Assembly (NCBI GenBank): GCA_964016885.1
Contig: OZ024752.1
Span: 3,968,001 to 4,032,000, forward strand
Direction of reading: 5' to 3'
From: Eledone cirrhosa
Lineage: Eukaryota
DNA length: 64,000 bases
Shown here: piece by piece, positions 14,710 through 29,693 of the stretch
Layout: each line of letters begins with the position of its first letter
Position numbering within the stretch: position 1 is the stretch's first letter
Made by a program: the position numbers and the translations under genes
The notes under the pieces: generated by a model
Told to the model about the DNA's origin: nothing
Database searches by the model: none
What the model saw: only the letters and a program-made list of their open reading frames with translations

Positions 14710-14750
14710 ATCGTGGTACCGGTTTCAGCATGATATGCTTTTTCAACGAT
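14710..14750 (-). ncRNA. variant hammerhead motif (UUGAAAA core)
   Basis: ATCG-TTGAAAA-AGCA.tatca.TGCT-GAAA-CCGG-TA-ccaCGAT; helix I is imperfect. Confidence 0.55.
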
Positions 14751-15970
14751 AGAAGTATCGAGTGCAGTTAAATTGCATATCTATACGAATAATAATAAAA
14801 TCTCCACACACAACCCCCTTAACAATAAGGCCTTCTAGTCCAGCTGACCTTAACAATGCACCTTACAGTAAAAGAAAATGCGGAAGACCTAACTGTGGTA
14901 TATGTATCAACCTAATAGCGGGATCGGAGTTCCACTTCAAACAAGGACAACACTTTACAGTTACATGCAATTTCATATGCGCATCAGAAAACATGATTTA
15001 TGTGTTGACTTGCTCAGGTTGTTGAGAGCACTACATAGGACAGACTAAAAACAGCCTCCGCCAACGTATGTCTGTTCATAGATCACAAATTAAAATACGG
15101 GAATACAGAAAAATAGCACTGAGTGAACACATTGCGAAACTGCGTATGTAATGAACAACCAGATTTCGGAATTTTTGCCCTCTACAAATTTAAAGACAAC
15201 GCTTCCTACATCCAGCGCATTAGCTAGGAATCACACTTTATCGCCAAATATGAACCCCTTCTAAATGCTTCCACTTCCGACTAAACTAAAGCCTCACACA
15301 CTTTAGCAATGTATCCTTCTTCAAGATTCCAGCAACCTCTGACAACTATATAATGCAGACCAAGCAACCACATAGAAAAAAGCAGCTAGTCCTAGAGGAC
15401 TTCCACGAAGATAACCGGATAAATGCTTTACATTCCCCTGAATCTGGAAGTTTCTACTGAAGATATAATGGGTATTCCAATGGCTCTGAACCCCTTTTTG
15501 CGGCAAAATTTTCCCCTAAATCTGAAATTTCTGCTAAGGATGGAATTACTATTTCAATAACTCTGAATCTTTGTGGCAGAAAAACCAAGATCAATGTTGA
15601 TGATTACTTCTAAGAAAAAATACAACGATAGGTATTTTTAGAAGCAATCAACCCACACCCCGGTTAATTCACCCGGCCTTTCAAACCAATCCAGTAGTCA
15701 AAGAGTCTCTCACAGCAGTCTTCCACCACAACTATCCCCTGCCTCTTCATCCTTCTCCTTCTCCTCTCCCCTCCTCCTTCTACCCTCTCCTCTTCATTCT
15801 CCCCCAACTGCTACGAGTCACAACCAAGTTATTAGCAGAGAAGGATGGAGTGAGAAATGAACTCTCTTCTCTGAATGAACATGTACGTGAAAATTAATTT
15901 TTCTTCCTCTTTTTATTTTTGTTTTTATTATTATCATTATCTGGACAAATATGCAACTTAACAATATTCT

Positions 15971-16154
15971 CGGTGGATTGGCAGTATCGGTAGAGGGTCG
16001 GACGCCATGCTTTCCAGCATACTTACGTCGCTTTACGATCTGAGTTCAAATCCCGCCGAGGTTGACTTTGCCTTTCATCCTTACGGGGTCGATAAAATAA
16101 AGTACCAGTAATGAACTGGGTTATTGCTGGCCTTGTGCCTAAAGTAGAAACAAA
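15971..16154 (+). mobile_element. tRNA-derived SINE, family A
   Basis: Matches the family A consensus end to end. Confidence 0.85.
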
Positions 16155-16168
16155 TATTCTGCATATCC

Positions 16169-16206
16169 GCAATTGACAATGCATATGATGCTGAAATCGG
16201 TATTGT
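16169..16206 (+). ncRNA. variant hammerhead motif (UUGACAA core)
   Basis: GCAA-TTGACAA-tGCA.tatga.TGCt-GAAA-TCGG-TA-TTGT followed by AATAAA. Confidence 0.55.
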
Positions 16207-16290
16207 AAATAAATTAATGTTTTTATATCTCACTGAAATAATCTCTTAAACATTGTCTACGGAAAAAAATATTTTTCCTTTCCACTACTT

Positions 16291-16364
<74 letters not shown>

Positions 16365-16473
16365 GGAATAGAATGAAACGAAATTTCATTTCTCACTCTT
16401 AGTACGGCACTTACTTAAATGTAAGTATGTATGTATACGTACATACATATATGTATACAGACGTACAGTAGCA

Positions 16474-16539
<66 letters not shown>

Positions 16540-16839
16540 CAGGCACACATATATATATGCACGTATCAGTTTACCGAACATTTATTATAATGTTCGCTTT
16601 GTTCGTTTGTAAACAAACGAACAGCCTGATTTACGCCGTACAGTGTTCAGGCAACCACGTCACCTTTTTGTTCAACACTGACACAGGAACGATGTACTAG
16701 TTTCAAGGTTGTTAGCTATCGTCAGCACCGTATATATATATACATATGTATATATATGCATATATATGTATAGTGTTATAGATCAATATCCCCACAGGTA
16801 CTATGTATCCTCGGAAATATATAGGGTGTCTATGATATA

Positions 16840-17460
<621 letters not shown>

Positions 17461-17781
17461 GGCAGGTTTATATGTGTATGTGTACACATATTTCATTGAG
17501 ATTTATTTAAGTATTTCACAGAATTCAAACCGGTCATTAACAAAGTGACACGTCTTTCTTATATAAGTCAAGACAGTTGCAAGGATTTGTGAATATGTGA
17601 ATCTATATGTAAGTGTATGTATGTAATTGCACTCATATATTTCGGTAGTAAATATGCATGTGTGCTTGCTTTATAAGCATGTACGTAGGTTTCCATATGC
17701 CCGCATATGGTTGTGTGCACATATTTATTCCAAGAAGCTTAAATCGAGAATCTTTGGAATGTTTTACAAATCTTCTATGAA

Positions 17782-17813
<32 letters not shown>

Positions 17814-17920
17814 CATTTATCTATGTACGCACATATATATACATGTATATATACATATATATATATGTGCATATATGTATATATATGCGTGTGTGTGTGT
17901 GTGTGTGTCTGTATAGATGT

Positions 17921-17959
<39 letters not shown>

Positions 17960-19877
17960 CGTCTTTAGATATATGTATGCACATGAATCTGTCTGTTTAT
18001 CTATGAAGATTATTCAAATTTGTTCAAGCGAGACATAACCCATCAGCAGGCAGTCGCAAAGATGCTCTGGTAGAATGTCTCTTGGCACTACCGCTCCCCA
18101 TCAATACCACCGGCACCACCCTAACCTTATTTGTGTCATCATCACTGCGTTTCTACCACAACTACCACCTCAATAACTATCACAATGATGTCTACCACCT
18201 CACTACTTCCAATCGGTGACAATACGATAACAACTCGATCATTTAGTCATCACTAACGTCTCCATTTGCATCTTCACTCACACCACCACCACTACTACCA
18301 CCACAAACACTTCGTCACCAACTACTGCTGATATAGCTACATTACCATCACTAACGCCACTCCATCATCATTACTGGAATCACCACTAACACACAGCTCT
18401 AAGAAATTGTATTATTTGGAAAAGTGTTGCTTTATACCATAATCATGAGAGCACATTACTGTGTGTAGGTACCGTCGATCAAATGTCCACAAACTGCTAC
18501 TTTTTTGTCGACTCCCAAACAAATAAAATACGAAGACGACCTCCGTGAAGACTGAACCCAGTACCTAAAGAGATATATCATTTCTGATTTAGACACAAGG
18601 CTACACAAGTTTGGGGGAGGGGAATGTCGATTAAATCGATCCCAGTGCATTACTGGTACTTTCTTATATCGACCTCGTAAGGATGAATAGCAAGCTTAAT
18701 CTCGGTGGGATTTGAACTCAGAACGTAAAGGGACGTGCCTCTATGCTGCAAAGCATGTTGGCCGACCTAAAGAGCTTAAATGAAGCATTGAACGGATTCT
18801 TCTATTCAGTGTTTTCCAATTATTTTGAACCTGCCATGTGTTACAGAAATGTAACTGAATATGTATAACTTTACATGACGCTATACTGCGAAGATTCAAA
18901 CTAACTATATATATATATATATAAAATTGGTTGTTTTTTATTATTCCACAATGCTTCAAGCAAAGTTGAACACTCTCATATATATATATATATGTTGTAA
19001 GTTGCTACGTAATCTATGTATGTAAACACAAGTTCAATACTACGTTAATCTTCCATTTTACATATATTTGATCCCTGTGATTTATGGCTTCAATGAAAAG
19101 TAGCATTTGTAGCTATTTTGTTTAACCTGGATGACATGCTCTTCACCAGTATAGTTGAGGATATAGCTACATGTTGCTGATCAGTGGATTAATGGGCACT
19201 TTTATGTTGTTCTAGTCAACAACTAAACTGCATACAGTAAAAAATAAAATGAGTTCGATGTCTCTATGCATCTGATAGCAGATAATTAATGTAGAAAAAT
19301 AAAACAGAAAACAGAAGTATATATATATTATATCCGCGTATATTTCTAACGGAAGCTCAGATGGATCCATCAGCTTCAAAGGAGGAGAAACAGAATGTTT
19401 TTTTTTTGTTTTTTTTATCTGGTTGTTGCAGTTTTAAACATTTTTGCTTAAACAGGACCTCTGTCAGAGGCTTACACAATCTGTTGCATGCGATACCTTT
19501 TGATGTGTTGGAGAAAAGGCTTCAGTATTTGCTGAAATGTGATTGAGAAAACATATGCTGTTTCGGATTAAGGAAGACCGATGTATCTTTAGCTAAATAA
19601 GTTGGGAAGCGAAAGTATTAAGCGGATGCTTTTATTATGCAACAGATTACATAAGCTATAGTTGGTACATGTCTCAGTACTGAGTGAATAAGTGTCAATG
19701 AAGATGGATAAGAAAACTGTAGCACCAATGTATGGCGTTCAATACGGCTACTGGGGTATGTGACATGATCCCAGGTTAAAACAACTATAGAGAGAACTAT
19801 GTATGTTTATTATACATAAACATATTTTATATTCTTTCATATACACCTCTATGAAATACGCTATGTTAGCGTTACTA

Positions 19878-19950
<73 letters not shown>

Positions 19951-20891
19951 CAAAGAGGGTTTGGTTAGATACCAGGTGGACCATAACGCACCAGAGTACT
20001 CGATACTGAGGGTATAGAGTGGGTAATATGGAAAGAGTCAGTACCCCGAACAGAGTATTTTATGAACAACAGATGGGTGTGTTTAACTATCAGTTTACAA
20101 TGCCGGACTTAAGCCCTCCAATAGACAAAACTTACTAGGTCGTCCGACTGGTTAGTAATAACAGATAAACCTCTTTCAATAGGAAGAACGTGTTAAATAT
20201 CATTGTCAGAAATTTAGACACAAAGCCAGCAATTGATGTGGAGGGGCAGTCGATCAAATCGGGACCAGTACTTTACTTCGACCTTATTTAATCGACCCCG
20301 GACGGATGAAATGCAAAGTTGAACTCAACGGTATTTGAACTCAGAACGTTAGAAGCTTTAATTAAATACCGCAAGGCATTTCTGTCACATGCTCTAACGA
20401 GTCTGTTAATTCACTGCACTTATAAGGCTACAATAACAACAGTAACACCCTTTAATAGACTAATGACTGCTGCCTCTACTAAAGATAAATCCCTACACAT
20501 TTTTCTACGTAGTTTAGAAAGCATTAGTCCTTTTATTATATGGTATCTTTTATTTAGTGGTGCCATAATTACATACGGGGTTGGTGGGGCATACCTTTAA
20601 AACTGGCGTAACCCGTCTCCTATCCAGGTCTGAATACAGCAAATTTCCTCCAGAGAAAGAGATAGATAGAGAGAGTAGAAGACAGAAAGAGAGAAAGGGA
20701 TATTGAAGAAGAATTGACACCAGTACTATACTGATTATTAGTTATCGACCTCAAATGGATGAAAAGCAAAGTTGACCTCATTGGGTCAGCAGAAGCCGAA
20801 ACAAATAACGCAAAGCAATCAATCCGACGTTCTATCGACGCCTATATATTCTTCTTTCTTTCTTTCTCCCCCTCCCCATTTATTGCAATGA

Positions 20892-20932
<41 letters not shown>

Positions 20933-21324
20933 GAATATATGAGAGGGATGAACACCGATACAAGTATACATGTGTTTCAATTGCAAATAACCAAGTTAGC
21001 TAGGTTGAAAAACATACTAATTTAAAACAATATGGTTTGCCTGTGTCGAATTAAAGTAATAAATCAATAAAAATAACAAACCTATATCGGGCAACAGCCT
21101 TTGATACCCGGACAGATCTAAATCTGTTCCGCAAGAATTATTAAGTGAAAGCCACTATTCAATTCAATTATATTACACGGCTCAAAAAGATTCCCTTCTT
21201 TGAGCTATTTAATTGTAAAAGACTATTTTGAGTTTCTAACTCAATCTATGATATATATATATATATATATCAAGTAAGTATGTTTTGAAACAGTGACCAG
21301 GTTTGAAATTAGAAAATAGAATAG

Positions 21325-21821
<497 letters not shown>

Positions 21822-21882
21822 ATTTATATATATATTTATATATATATATATTTATATATATATATATTTATATATATATATT

Positions 21883-21962
<80 letters not shown>

Positions 21963-22023
21963 ATTTATATATATATTTATATATATATATATTTATATAT
22001 ATATATATTTATATATATATATT

Positions 22024-22091
<68 letters not shown>

Positions 22092-22114
22092 TATATTTAT
22101 ATAAATATATAGAG

Positions 22115-22417
22115 AGACTAAATAAAAATGGCGTAGACATACAATGTAACGGGAGGAAACAATAGTACCACTGACGATGTTGCAGATGTGCAACGAAAGA
22201 ACTTTGATAAACTATATATATGTGTTTGTGTCTATATTGTATCTGTATTATTTTTGACCGTCGGTCAGTCAATCAGTCAATGGCAACATTGAGGACCGAA
22301 TAAATTAGATTACCGATATAAAAGACACAGAAGCGAAAACCAACCAAACAGTGAGTGTGTTCTGTTATTAATTCTGGCAATATTACACAAATATGACCCT
22401 CCCCAAGTATAACAATA
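22115..22417 (+). mobile_element. PLE-like terminal repeat module with hammerhead (family shared with 63610-63847)
   Basis: Shares ATGGCGTAG upstream, the hammerhead, and ATGACCCTCCC.AAGTATAACAATAT at the 3' end with the copy at 63610-63847; (TA)n on both sides. Confidence 0.6.
22167..22208 (+). ncRNA. minimal type-I hammerhead motif
   Basis: ACCA-CTGACGA-t-GTTGCA.gatg.TGCAAC-GAAA-G.aa.C-TT-TGAT. Confidence 0.6.
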
Positions 22418-22437
22418 TATATATATATATATATATA

Positions 22438-22589
22438 ACAAAGGAATTGTGGTAAGGAACCAAATGGACCATAACGCACCAGAGTACTCAATACTTAGGG
22501 TAGTAGAGTGGTAAATAGGAAAAAGTATGACCCCGACGGCAGATCTCAAGCCGTTTCGACGGCTATTTCTGGACTAAGTCGGGGTCATA

Positions 22590-22596
<7 letters not shown>
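22438..22596 (-). mobile_element. short TA-embedded repeat with terminal hairpin (family shared with 19948-20060 and 39155-39350)
   Basis: Shares GGACCATAACGCACCAGAGTACTC...ACCCCGAC with the other copies; 18-bp inverted repeat at 22520-22537/22578-22595. Confidence 0.75.
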
Positions 22597-22668
<72 letters not shown>

Positions 22669-23254
22669 TATTAAAATAACAGATTAAAGTTTAAGCAAAC
22701 GCCTATGTTTTTATATATTACCGAGGAAATATTTTTTCATCAATAGATTTTACCCCTCATCGTATAATAATTCAATTTCACCCTGGGCCCATCAATATTC
22801 TTTTGTTTGTTATGTGCTAATTAAATGACAACTGATGAAGAAATGAGTTGAACACAAAGCTATTGGGTGGATCTTCTGCTAGCGAAATAAAAACTGACAT
22901 GAAACATCAAACTGAAACTGCTAATTAAGATCTCTGACATTAATTTAAGAGTCATATATCACTCTTGTAGCTTGATTTGAGTAATAAGTCAAGTTTCTTG
23001 TCTAAAACGTCTTCAGGAATGGAATTCGCAAGTAAATCATAATATTTTTATTGCTTTTTTCTTAAAATTTTAAAATAGCACACCCCCCGTCACAACCCAG
23101 AACATTATTTTCTTTGATAGATGTAGTCAATATTGAGAATTGGAATTTCTTTATTAAGAATTTCGCAATTTATAGTTTAATATTCTTTGCTGAACAAAAC
23201 AATATCAAAAAGAGCGATTATAACTTGAACAAGACTAGCTATTACAGGAGCAAT

Positions 23255-26200
23255 AGTAGTAGTAGTGTTGGTGGTGGTGGTAATGGTGGAAGTAGTAGTA
23301 GTGTTGGTGGTGGTGGTAATGGTGGAAGTAGTAGTAGTGTTGGTGGTGGTAATGGTGGTAGTAGTAGTAGTATTGGTGGTGGTGGTAATGGTGGAAGTAG
23401 TAGTAGTGTTGGTGGTGGTGGTAATGGTGGTAGTAGTAGTAGTGTTGGTGGTGGTGGTAATGGTGGAAGTAGTAGTAGTGTTGGTGGTGGTGGTAATGGT
23501 GGTAGTAGTAGTAGTGTTGGTGGTGGTGGTAATGGTGGAAGTAGTAGTAGTATTGGTGGTGGTGGTAATGGTGGAAGTAGTAGTAGTGTTGGTGGTGGTG
23601 GTAATGGTGGTAGTAGTAGTAGTGTTGGTGGTGGTGGTAATGGTGGAAGTAGTAGTAGTGTTGGTGGTGGTGGTAATGGTGGTAGTAGTAGTAGTGTTGG
23701 TGGTGGTGGTAATGGTGGAAGTAGTAGTAGTATTGGTGGTGGTGGTAATGGTGGAAGTAGTAGTAGTGTTGGTGGTGGTGGTAATGGTGGTAGTAGTAGT
23801 AGTGTTGGTGGTGGTGGTAATGGTGGAAGTAGTAGTAGTGTTGGTGGTGGTGGTAATGGTGGAAGTAGTAGTAGTAGTGTTGGTGGTGGTGGTAATGGTG
23901 GAAGTAGTAGTAGTGTTGGTGGTGGTGGTAATGGTGGAAGTAGTAGTAGTGTTGGTGGTGGTGGTAATGGTGGAAGTAGTAGTAGTGTTGGTGGTGGTGG
24001 TAATGGTGGAAGTAGTAGTAGTAGTGTTGGTGGTGGTGGTAATGGTGGTAGTAGTAGTAGTGTTGGTGGTGGTGGTAATGGTGGTAGTAGTAGTAGTAGT
24101 GTTGGTGGTGGTGGTAATGGTGGTAGTAGTAGTAGTGTTGGTGGTGGTGGTAATGGTGGAAGTAGTAGTAGTGTTGGTGGTGGTGGTAATGGTGGAAGTA
24201 GTAGTAGTAGTGTTGGTGGTGGTGGTAATGGTGGTAGTAGTAGTAGTGTTGGTGGTGGTGGTAATGGTGGAAGTAGTAGTAGTAGTGTTGGTGGTGGTGG
24301 TAATGGTGGTAGTAGTAGTAGTGTTGGTGGTGGTGGTAATGGTGGAAGTAGTAGTAGTGTTGGTGGTGGTGGTAATGGTAGTAGTAGTAGTAGTGTTGGT
24401 GGTGGTGGTAATGGTGGAAGTAGTAGTAGTAGTGTTGGTGGTGGTGGTAATGGTGGTAGTAGTAGTAGTGTTGGTGGTGGTGGTAATGGTGGTAGTAGTA
24501 GTAGTAGTGTTGGTGGTGGTGGTAATGGTGGAAGTAGTAGTAGTGTTGGTGGTGGTGGTAATGGTGGTAGTAGTAGTAGTAGTGTTGGTGGTGGTAATGG
24601 TGGAAGTAGTAGTAGTGTTGGTGGTGGTGGTAATGGTGGAAGTAGTAGTAGTGTTGGTGGTGGTGGTAATGGTGGTAGTAGTAGTAGTGTTGGTGGTGGT
24701 GGTAATGGTGGTAGTAGTAGTAGTGTTGGTGGTGGTGGTAATGGTGGTAGTAGTAGTAGTGTTGGTGGTGGTGGTAATGGTGGTAGTAGTAGTAGTGTTG
24801 GTGGTGGTGGTAATGGTGGTAGTAGTAGTAGTGTTGGTGGTGGTGGTAATGGTGGAAGTAGTAGTAGTAGTGTTGGTGGTGGTGGTAATGGTGGTAGTAG
24901 TAGTAGTGTTGGTGGTGGTGGTAATGGTGGTGGTAGTAGTAGTAGTGTTGGTGGTGGTGGTAATGGTGGTAGTAGTAGTAGTGTTGGTGGTGGTGGTAAT
25001 GGTGGAAGTAGTAGTAGTGTTGGTGGTGGTGGTAATGGTGGAAGTAGTAGTAGTGTTGGTGGTGGTGGTAATGGTGGAAGTAGTAGTAGTGTTGGTGGTG
25101 GTGGTAATGGTGGTAGTAGTAGTAGTGTTGGTGGTGGTGGTAATGGTGGAAGTAGTAGTAGTGTTGGTGGTGGTGGTAATGGTGGTAGTAGTAGTAGTGT
25201 TGGTGGTGGTGGTAATGGTGGAAGTAGTAGTAGTGTTGGTGGTGGTGGTAATGGTGGTAGTAGTAGTAGTGTTGGTGGTGGTGGTAATGGTGGTAGTAGT
25301 AGTAGTGTTGGTGGTGGTGGTAATGGTGGTAGTAGTAGTAGTAGTGTTGGTGGTGGTAATGGTGGAAGTAGTAGTAGTGTTGGTGGTGGTGGTAATGGTG
25401 GAAGTAGTAGTAGTAGTGTTGGTGGTGGTGGTAATGGTGGTAGTAGTAGTAGTGTTGGTGGTGGTGGTAATGGTGGTAGTAGTAGTAGTAGTGTTGGTGG
25501 TGGTGGTAATGGTGGTAGTAGTAGTAGTGTTGGTGGTGGTGGTAATGGTGGTAGTAGTAGTAGTGTTGGTGGTGGTGGTAATGGTGGTAGTAGTAGTAGT
25601 GTTGGTGGTGGTGGTAATGGTGGTAGTAGTAGTAGTGTTGGTGGTGGTGGTAATGGTGGTAGTAGTAGTAGTGTTGGTGGTGGTGGTAATGGTGGTAGTA
25701 GTAGTAGTAGTGTTGGTGGTGGTGGTAATGGTGGAAGTAGTAGTAGTGTTGGTGGTGGTGGTAATGGTGGTAGTAGTAGTAGTAGTGTTGGTGGTGGTAA
25801 TGGTGGTAGTAGTAGTAGTGTTGGTGGTGGTGGTAATGGTGGTAGTAGTAGTAGTAGTGTTGGTGGTGGTGGTAATGGTGGTAGTAGTAGTAGTGTTGGT
25901 GGTGGTGGTAATGGTGGAAGTAGTAGTAGTGTTGGTGGTGGTGGTAATGGTGGTAGTAGTAGTAGTGTTGGTGGTGGTGGTAATGGTGGAAGTAGTAGTA
26001 GTGTTGGTGGTGGTGGTAATGGTGGTAGTAGTAGTAGTGTTGGTGGTGGTGGTAATGGTGGTAGTAGTAGTAGTGTTGGTGGTGGTGGTATAGGTGGTAG
26101 TAGTAGTAGTGTTGGTGGTGGTGGTAATGGTGGAAGTAGTAGTAGTAGTGTTGGTGGTGGTGGTAATGGTGGAAGTAGTAGTAGTAGTGTTGGTGGTGGT

Positions 26201-27225
26201 GGTAATGGTGGAAGTAGTAGTAGTGTTGGTGGTGGTGGTAATGGTGGTAGTAGTAGTAGTAGTGTTGGTGGTGGTGGTAATGGTGGTAGTAGTAGTAGTG
26301 TTGGTGGTGGTAATGGTGGTAGTAGTAGTAGTGTTGGTGGTGGTGGTATAGGTGGTAGTAGTAGTAGTGTTGGTGGTGGTGGTAATGGTGGAAGTAGTAG
26401 TAGTAGTGTTGGTGGTGGTGGTAATGGTGGAAGTAGTAGTAGTAGTGTTGGTGGTGGTGGTAATGGTGGAAGTAGTAGTAGTGTTGGTGGTGGTGGTAAT
26501 GGTGGTAGTAGTAGTAGTAGTGTTGGTGGTGGTGGTAATGGTGGTAGTAGTAGTAGTGTTGGTGGTGGTAATGGTGGTAGTAGTAGTAGTGTTGGTGGTG
26601 GTAATGGTGGAAGTAGTAGTAGTGTTGGTGGTGGTAATGGTGGTAGTAGTAGTAGTGTTGGTGGTGGTGGTAATGGTGGTAGTAGTAGTAGTGTTGGTGG
26701 TGGTGGTAATGGTGGTAGTAGTAGTAGTGTTGGTGGTGGTGGTAATGGTGGTAGTAGTAGTAGTGTTGGTGGTGGTGGTAATGGTGGTAGTAGTAGTAGT
26801 GTTGGTGGTGGTGGTAATGGTGGTAGTAGTAGTAGTGTTGGTGGTGGTAATGGTGGTAGTAGTAGTAGTGTTGGTGGTGGTAATGGTGGTAGTAGTAGTA
26901 GTGTTGGTGGTGGTGGTAATGGTGGTAGTAGTAGTAGTAGTGTTGGTGGTGGTGGTAATGGTGGAAGTAGTAGTAGTGTTGGTGGTGGTAATGGTGGTAG
27001 TAGTAGTAGTGTTGGTGGTGGTGGTAATGGTGGTAGTAGTAGTAGTGTTGGTGGTGGTGGTAATGGTGGTAGTAGTAGTAGTAGTGTTGGTGGTGGTGGT
27101 AATGGTGGAAGTAGTAGTAGTGTTGGTGGTGGTGGTAATGGTGGTAGTAGTAGTAGTGTTGGTGGTGGTGGTAATGGTGGTAGTAGTAGTAGTAGTGTTG
27201 GTGGTGGTGGTAATGGTGGTAGTAG
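23255..27225. repeat. 36-bp minisatellite (AGT)4 GTT (GGT)4 AAT GGT GGW, ~110 units
   Basis: Direct reading; 33- and 39-bp variants differ by one trinucleotide. Confidence 0.97.
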
Positions 27226-27341
27226 TTATATTGTTGGTGGTGGTGGTGGTAATGGTGGTAGTAGTAGCAGTAGTGTTGGTGATGTGATGGTACTAGTGGT
27301 AGTGGTGGTGGTAGTTGTAATAGTAGTAGTAGTGGTGATGA

Positions 27342-27386
<45 letters not shown>

Positions 27387-27750
27387 TGGTGGTGATGGTA
27401 CTAGTAGTAGTTTGTGGTGGTGGTGATGGTGTAGTAGTAGTAGTAGTGGTGGTAGTAGTTGTGGTGGTGGTGGAGTTGGTACAAGTAGTAGTAGTGGTGG
27501 AGGCGATGGTACTAGTAGTGGTGGAGGTGATGGTACTAGTAGTGGTGGGGGTGATGGTGTAGTAGTAGTAGTAGTGGTGGTAGTAGTTGTGGTGGTGGTG
27601 GGGATGGTACAAGTAGTAGTAGTGGTGGAGGTGATGGTACTAGTAGTGGTGGAGGTGATGGTGTAGTAGTAGTAGTGGTGGTGGTAGTAGTTGTGGTGGT
27701 GGTGGGGATGGTACAAGTAGTAGTAGTGGTGGAGGTGATGGTACTAGTAG
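27226..27750. repeat. degenerate (GTA/GTG)n tail with a ~100-bp higher-order repeat
   Basis: Three copies of ...GTAGTAGTTGTGGTGGTGGTGG.G.TGGTACAAGTAGTAGTAGTGGTGGAGG.GATGGTACTAG... Confidence 0.8.
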
Positions 27751-28568
27751 AAATAGTATCAATAATACTGAACATAGAAACAACACACCATGCACTCTCA
27801 TATTTTATTTCAATGTCTTAAATGTTGTTCATTGCTCACTGATTCGTGGTTTTAAATGAATCCATTTTCGCAGACATTTGTAAGCTGTGGCCAGATTTTG
27901 AAAGAAGAGATTTTCAAGTTAAAGCAATTAACTGAGCGACTTGACTTTATTTTTATTTTTAGTAATTTTTTTTTTTTTGTCTCTTCTATTTAACAGAACA
28001 AAAATATTTAAAAATGTATAACAAAAAATACTCTAAGAACTAAACAAAAAATAGTATGTCTGAAGCTAGACGAACTGAAGAACTGAATGCAAAGTTCCAT
28101 TGACAAATTTTAAAGAGAGTGCAACTGAAGAAGGTATAGATAATTTGATGTTATTGTTATTTTTCTGCAAGATTTTTTTTGTTATATATTTTTTTTTAAA
28201 TGATTTTATTTATACTTCTTTGACTTAAACGTCAGGATGTATTTATTTAAATTTTTTGTGTTTTTGATTTTGTTTCCAAATATTTTTAATTTTCAAATTT
28301 TTTACTCCAATGAAAATGATAATGAGAAAAATAAAGTTATTAAAATCTTCATCTTAAAACTAAGTTTTCGATAATTTGAAAACTTCAAATTGATTTCGCT
28401 TGCAAGATCAAATTTCCCTCTCTCGCACTTCCCCTTTCTCTCTTTCTCTCTTTCTCGAAATATATAAATATATATTTATATATATATATATATTTATACA
28501 ATAAAGTATGTCTATAGAATCATTTGATAAGATATATACACCATCTCCTCTCCCAATATATATATATT

Positions 28569-28649
<81 letters not shown>

Positions 28650-28650
28650 T

Positions 28651-28900
<250 letters not shown>

Positions 28901-29693
28901 ATATAATCTCTATTCCTCTCACTCACAAAAGACATACACGCACTTTCTCTCACTCTCTCTATATATGTATATATATAGAGAGAGAAAGAAAGAAAGAAAG
29001 AAAGTGTGGCTATCGTATATGATTATTACACATAAACACACACGCACACGTAGAGATACGCATGCACCCACATGCACATTCACACACACATACTCATCGA
29101 GAGTCCTACATGCGCATACCTTTATGCACGTACTCATAAACAATAGAGACATCTGTTGCTGAAGGAATCAACAGTTGGCTTCTTTCTAACTTTAACCAGG
29201 ATGTAGGATTGGCTGTAATTCCTATAAATCCCATAAAACTATCATTTGTATTGCTCTTGAAAATAAAACTCTGAGTAAATTACAGTGAACTCCGAAAAGA
29301 ACAACAAATTTGATTTATATTATGTCACAGCTAAATTATTCTCAAAATGCTCACAATTTTCTTCAGAATGGACTAACAAATAAGGCAGAGAGTGGAAGGT
29401 AGGGTGAAATAGACAGGGATGGAGAGATAGGAGTGAGAAAGGGAGCGATGCGTGGAATGAATTAGAAAGAGATAGATATAACTTTTATTCAATGATTTCA
29501 CCGTCTGAAGGCACGTGTTGGCTATGGTGCTAGACTGGGTCCGATTCCTGGAGAGTGCAGCACATTGGGTTATTGATTAAGAAGTTTTATTTTATTTTGT
29601 TTTTTTTTATGGTAGGCCTGTGTACTCCTATGGTTAACACACCCGGAAAACCTCTAATGAGGTCCAACTTCGCATGTATATGTATATATATAT

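Larger units (their letters stand above)
14641..16293 (+). mobile_element. Penelope-like element remnant (CxxC linker plus GIY-YIG) with inverted terminal-repeat pieces, bounded by (TA)n
   Basis: 14762-15285 translates KCGRPNCGIC...FICASENMIYVLTCSGC*EHYIGQTKNSLRQRMSVHRSQI...LSEHI. 14641-14750 (rc) is homologous to 16165-16293. A family A SINE is inserted at 15971-16154. Confidence 0.8.

Noticed and set aside
23114-27562. 1482-aa Gly/Ser ORF (and the overlapping 1493-aa His/Tyr and poly-Val ORFs) as a structural protein gene
   Set aside because: Open frames follow automatically from the AGT/GGT trinucleotide composition. There is a non-ATG start, no signal peptide, no synonymous variation beyond GGT/GGA and no unique domain.
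27997-28134. Possible host exon (polypyrimidine-AG acceptor, AG|GTATAG donor, ATG)
   Set aside because: The ATG frame stops after 15 codons, no recognisable protein similarity and a weak donor; cannot be supported without transcripts.
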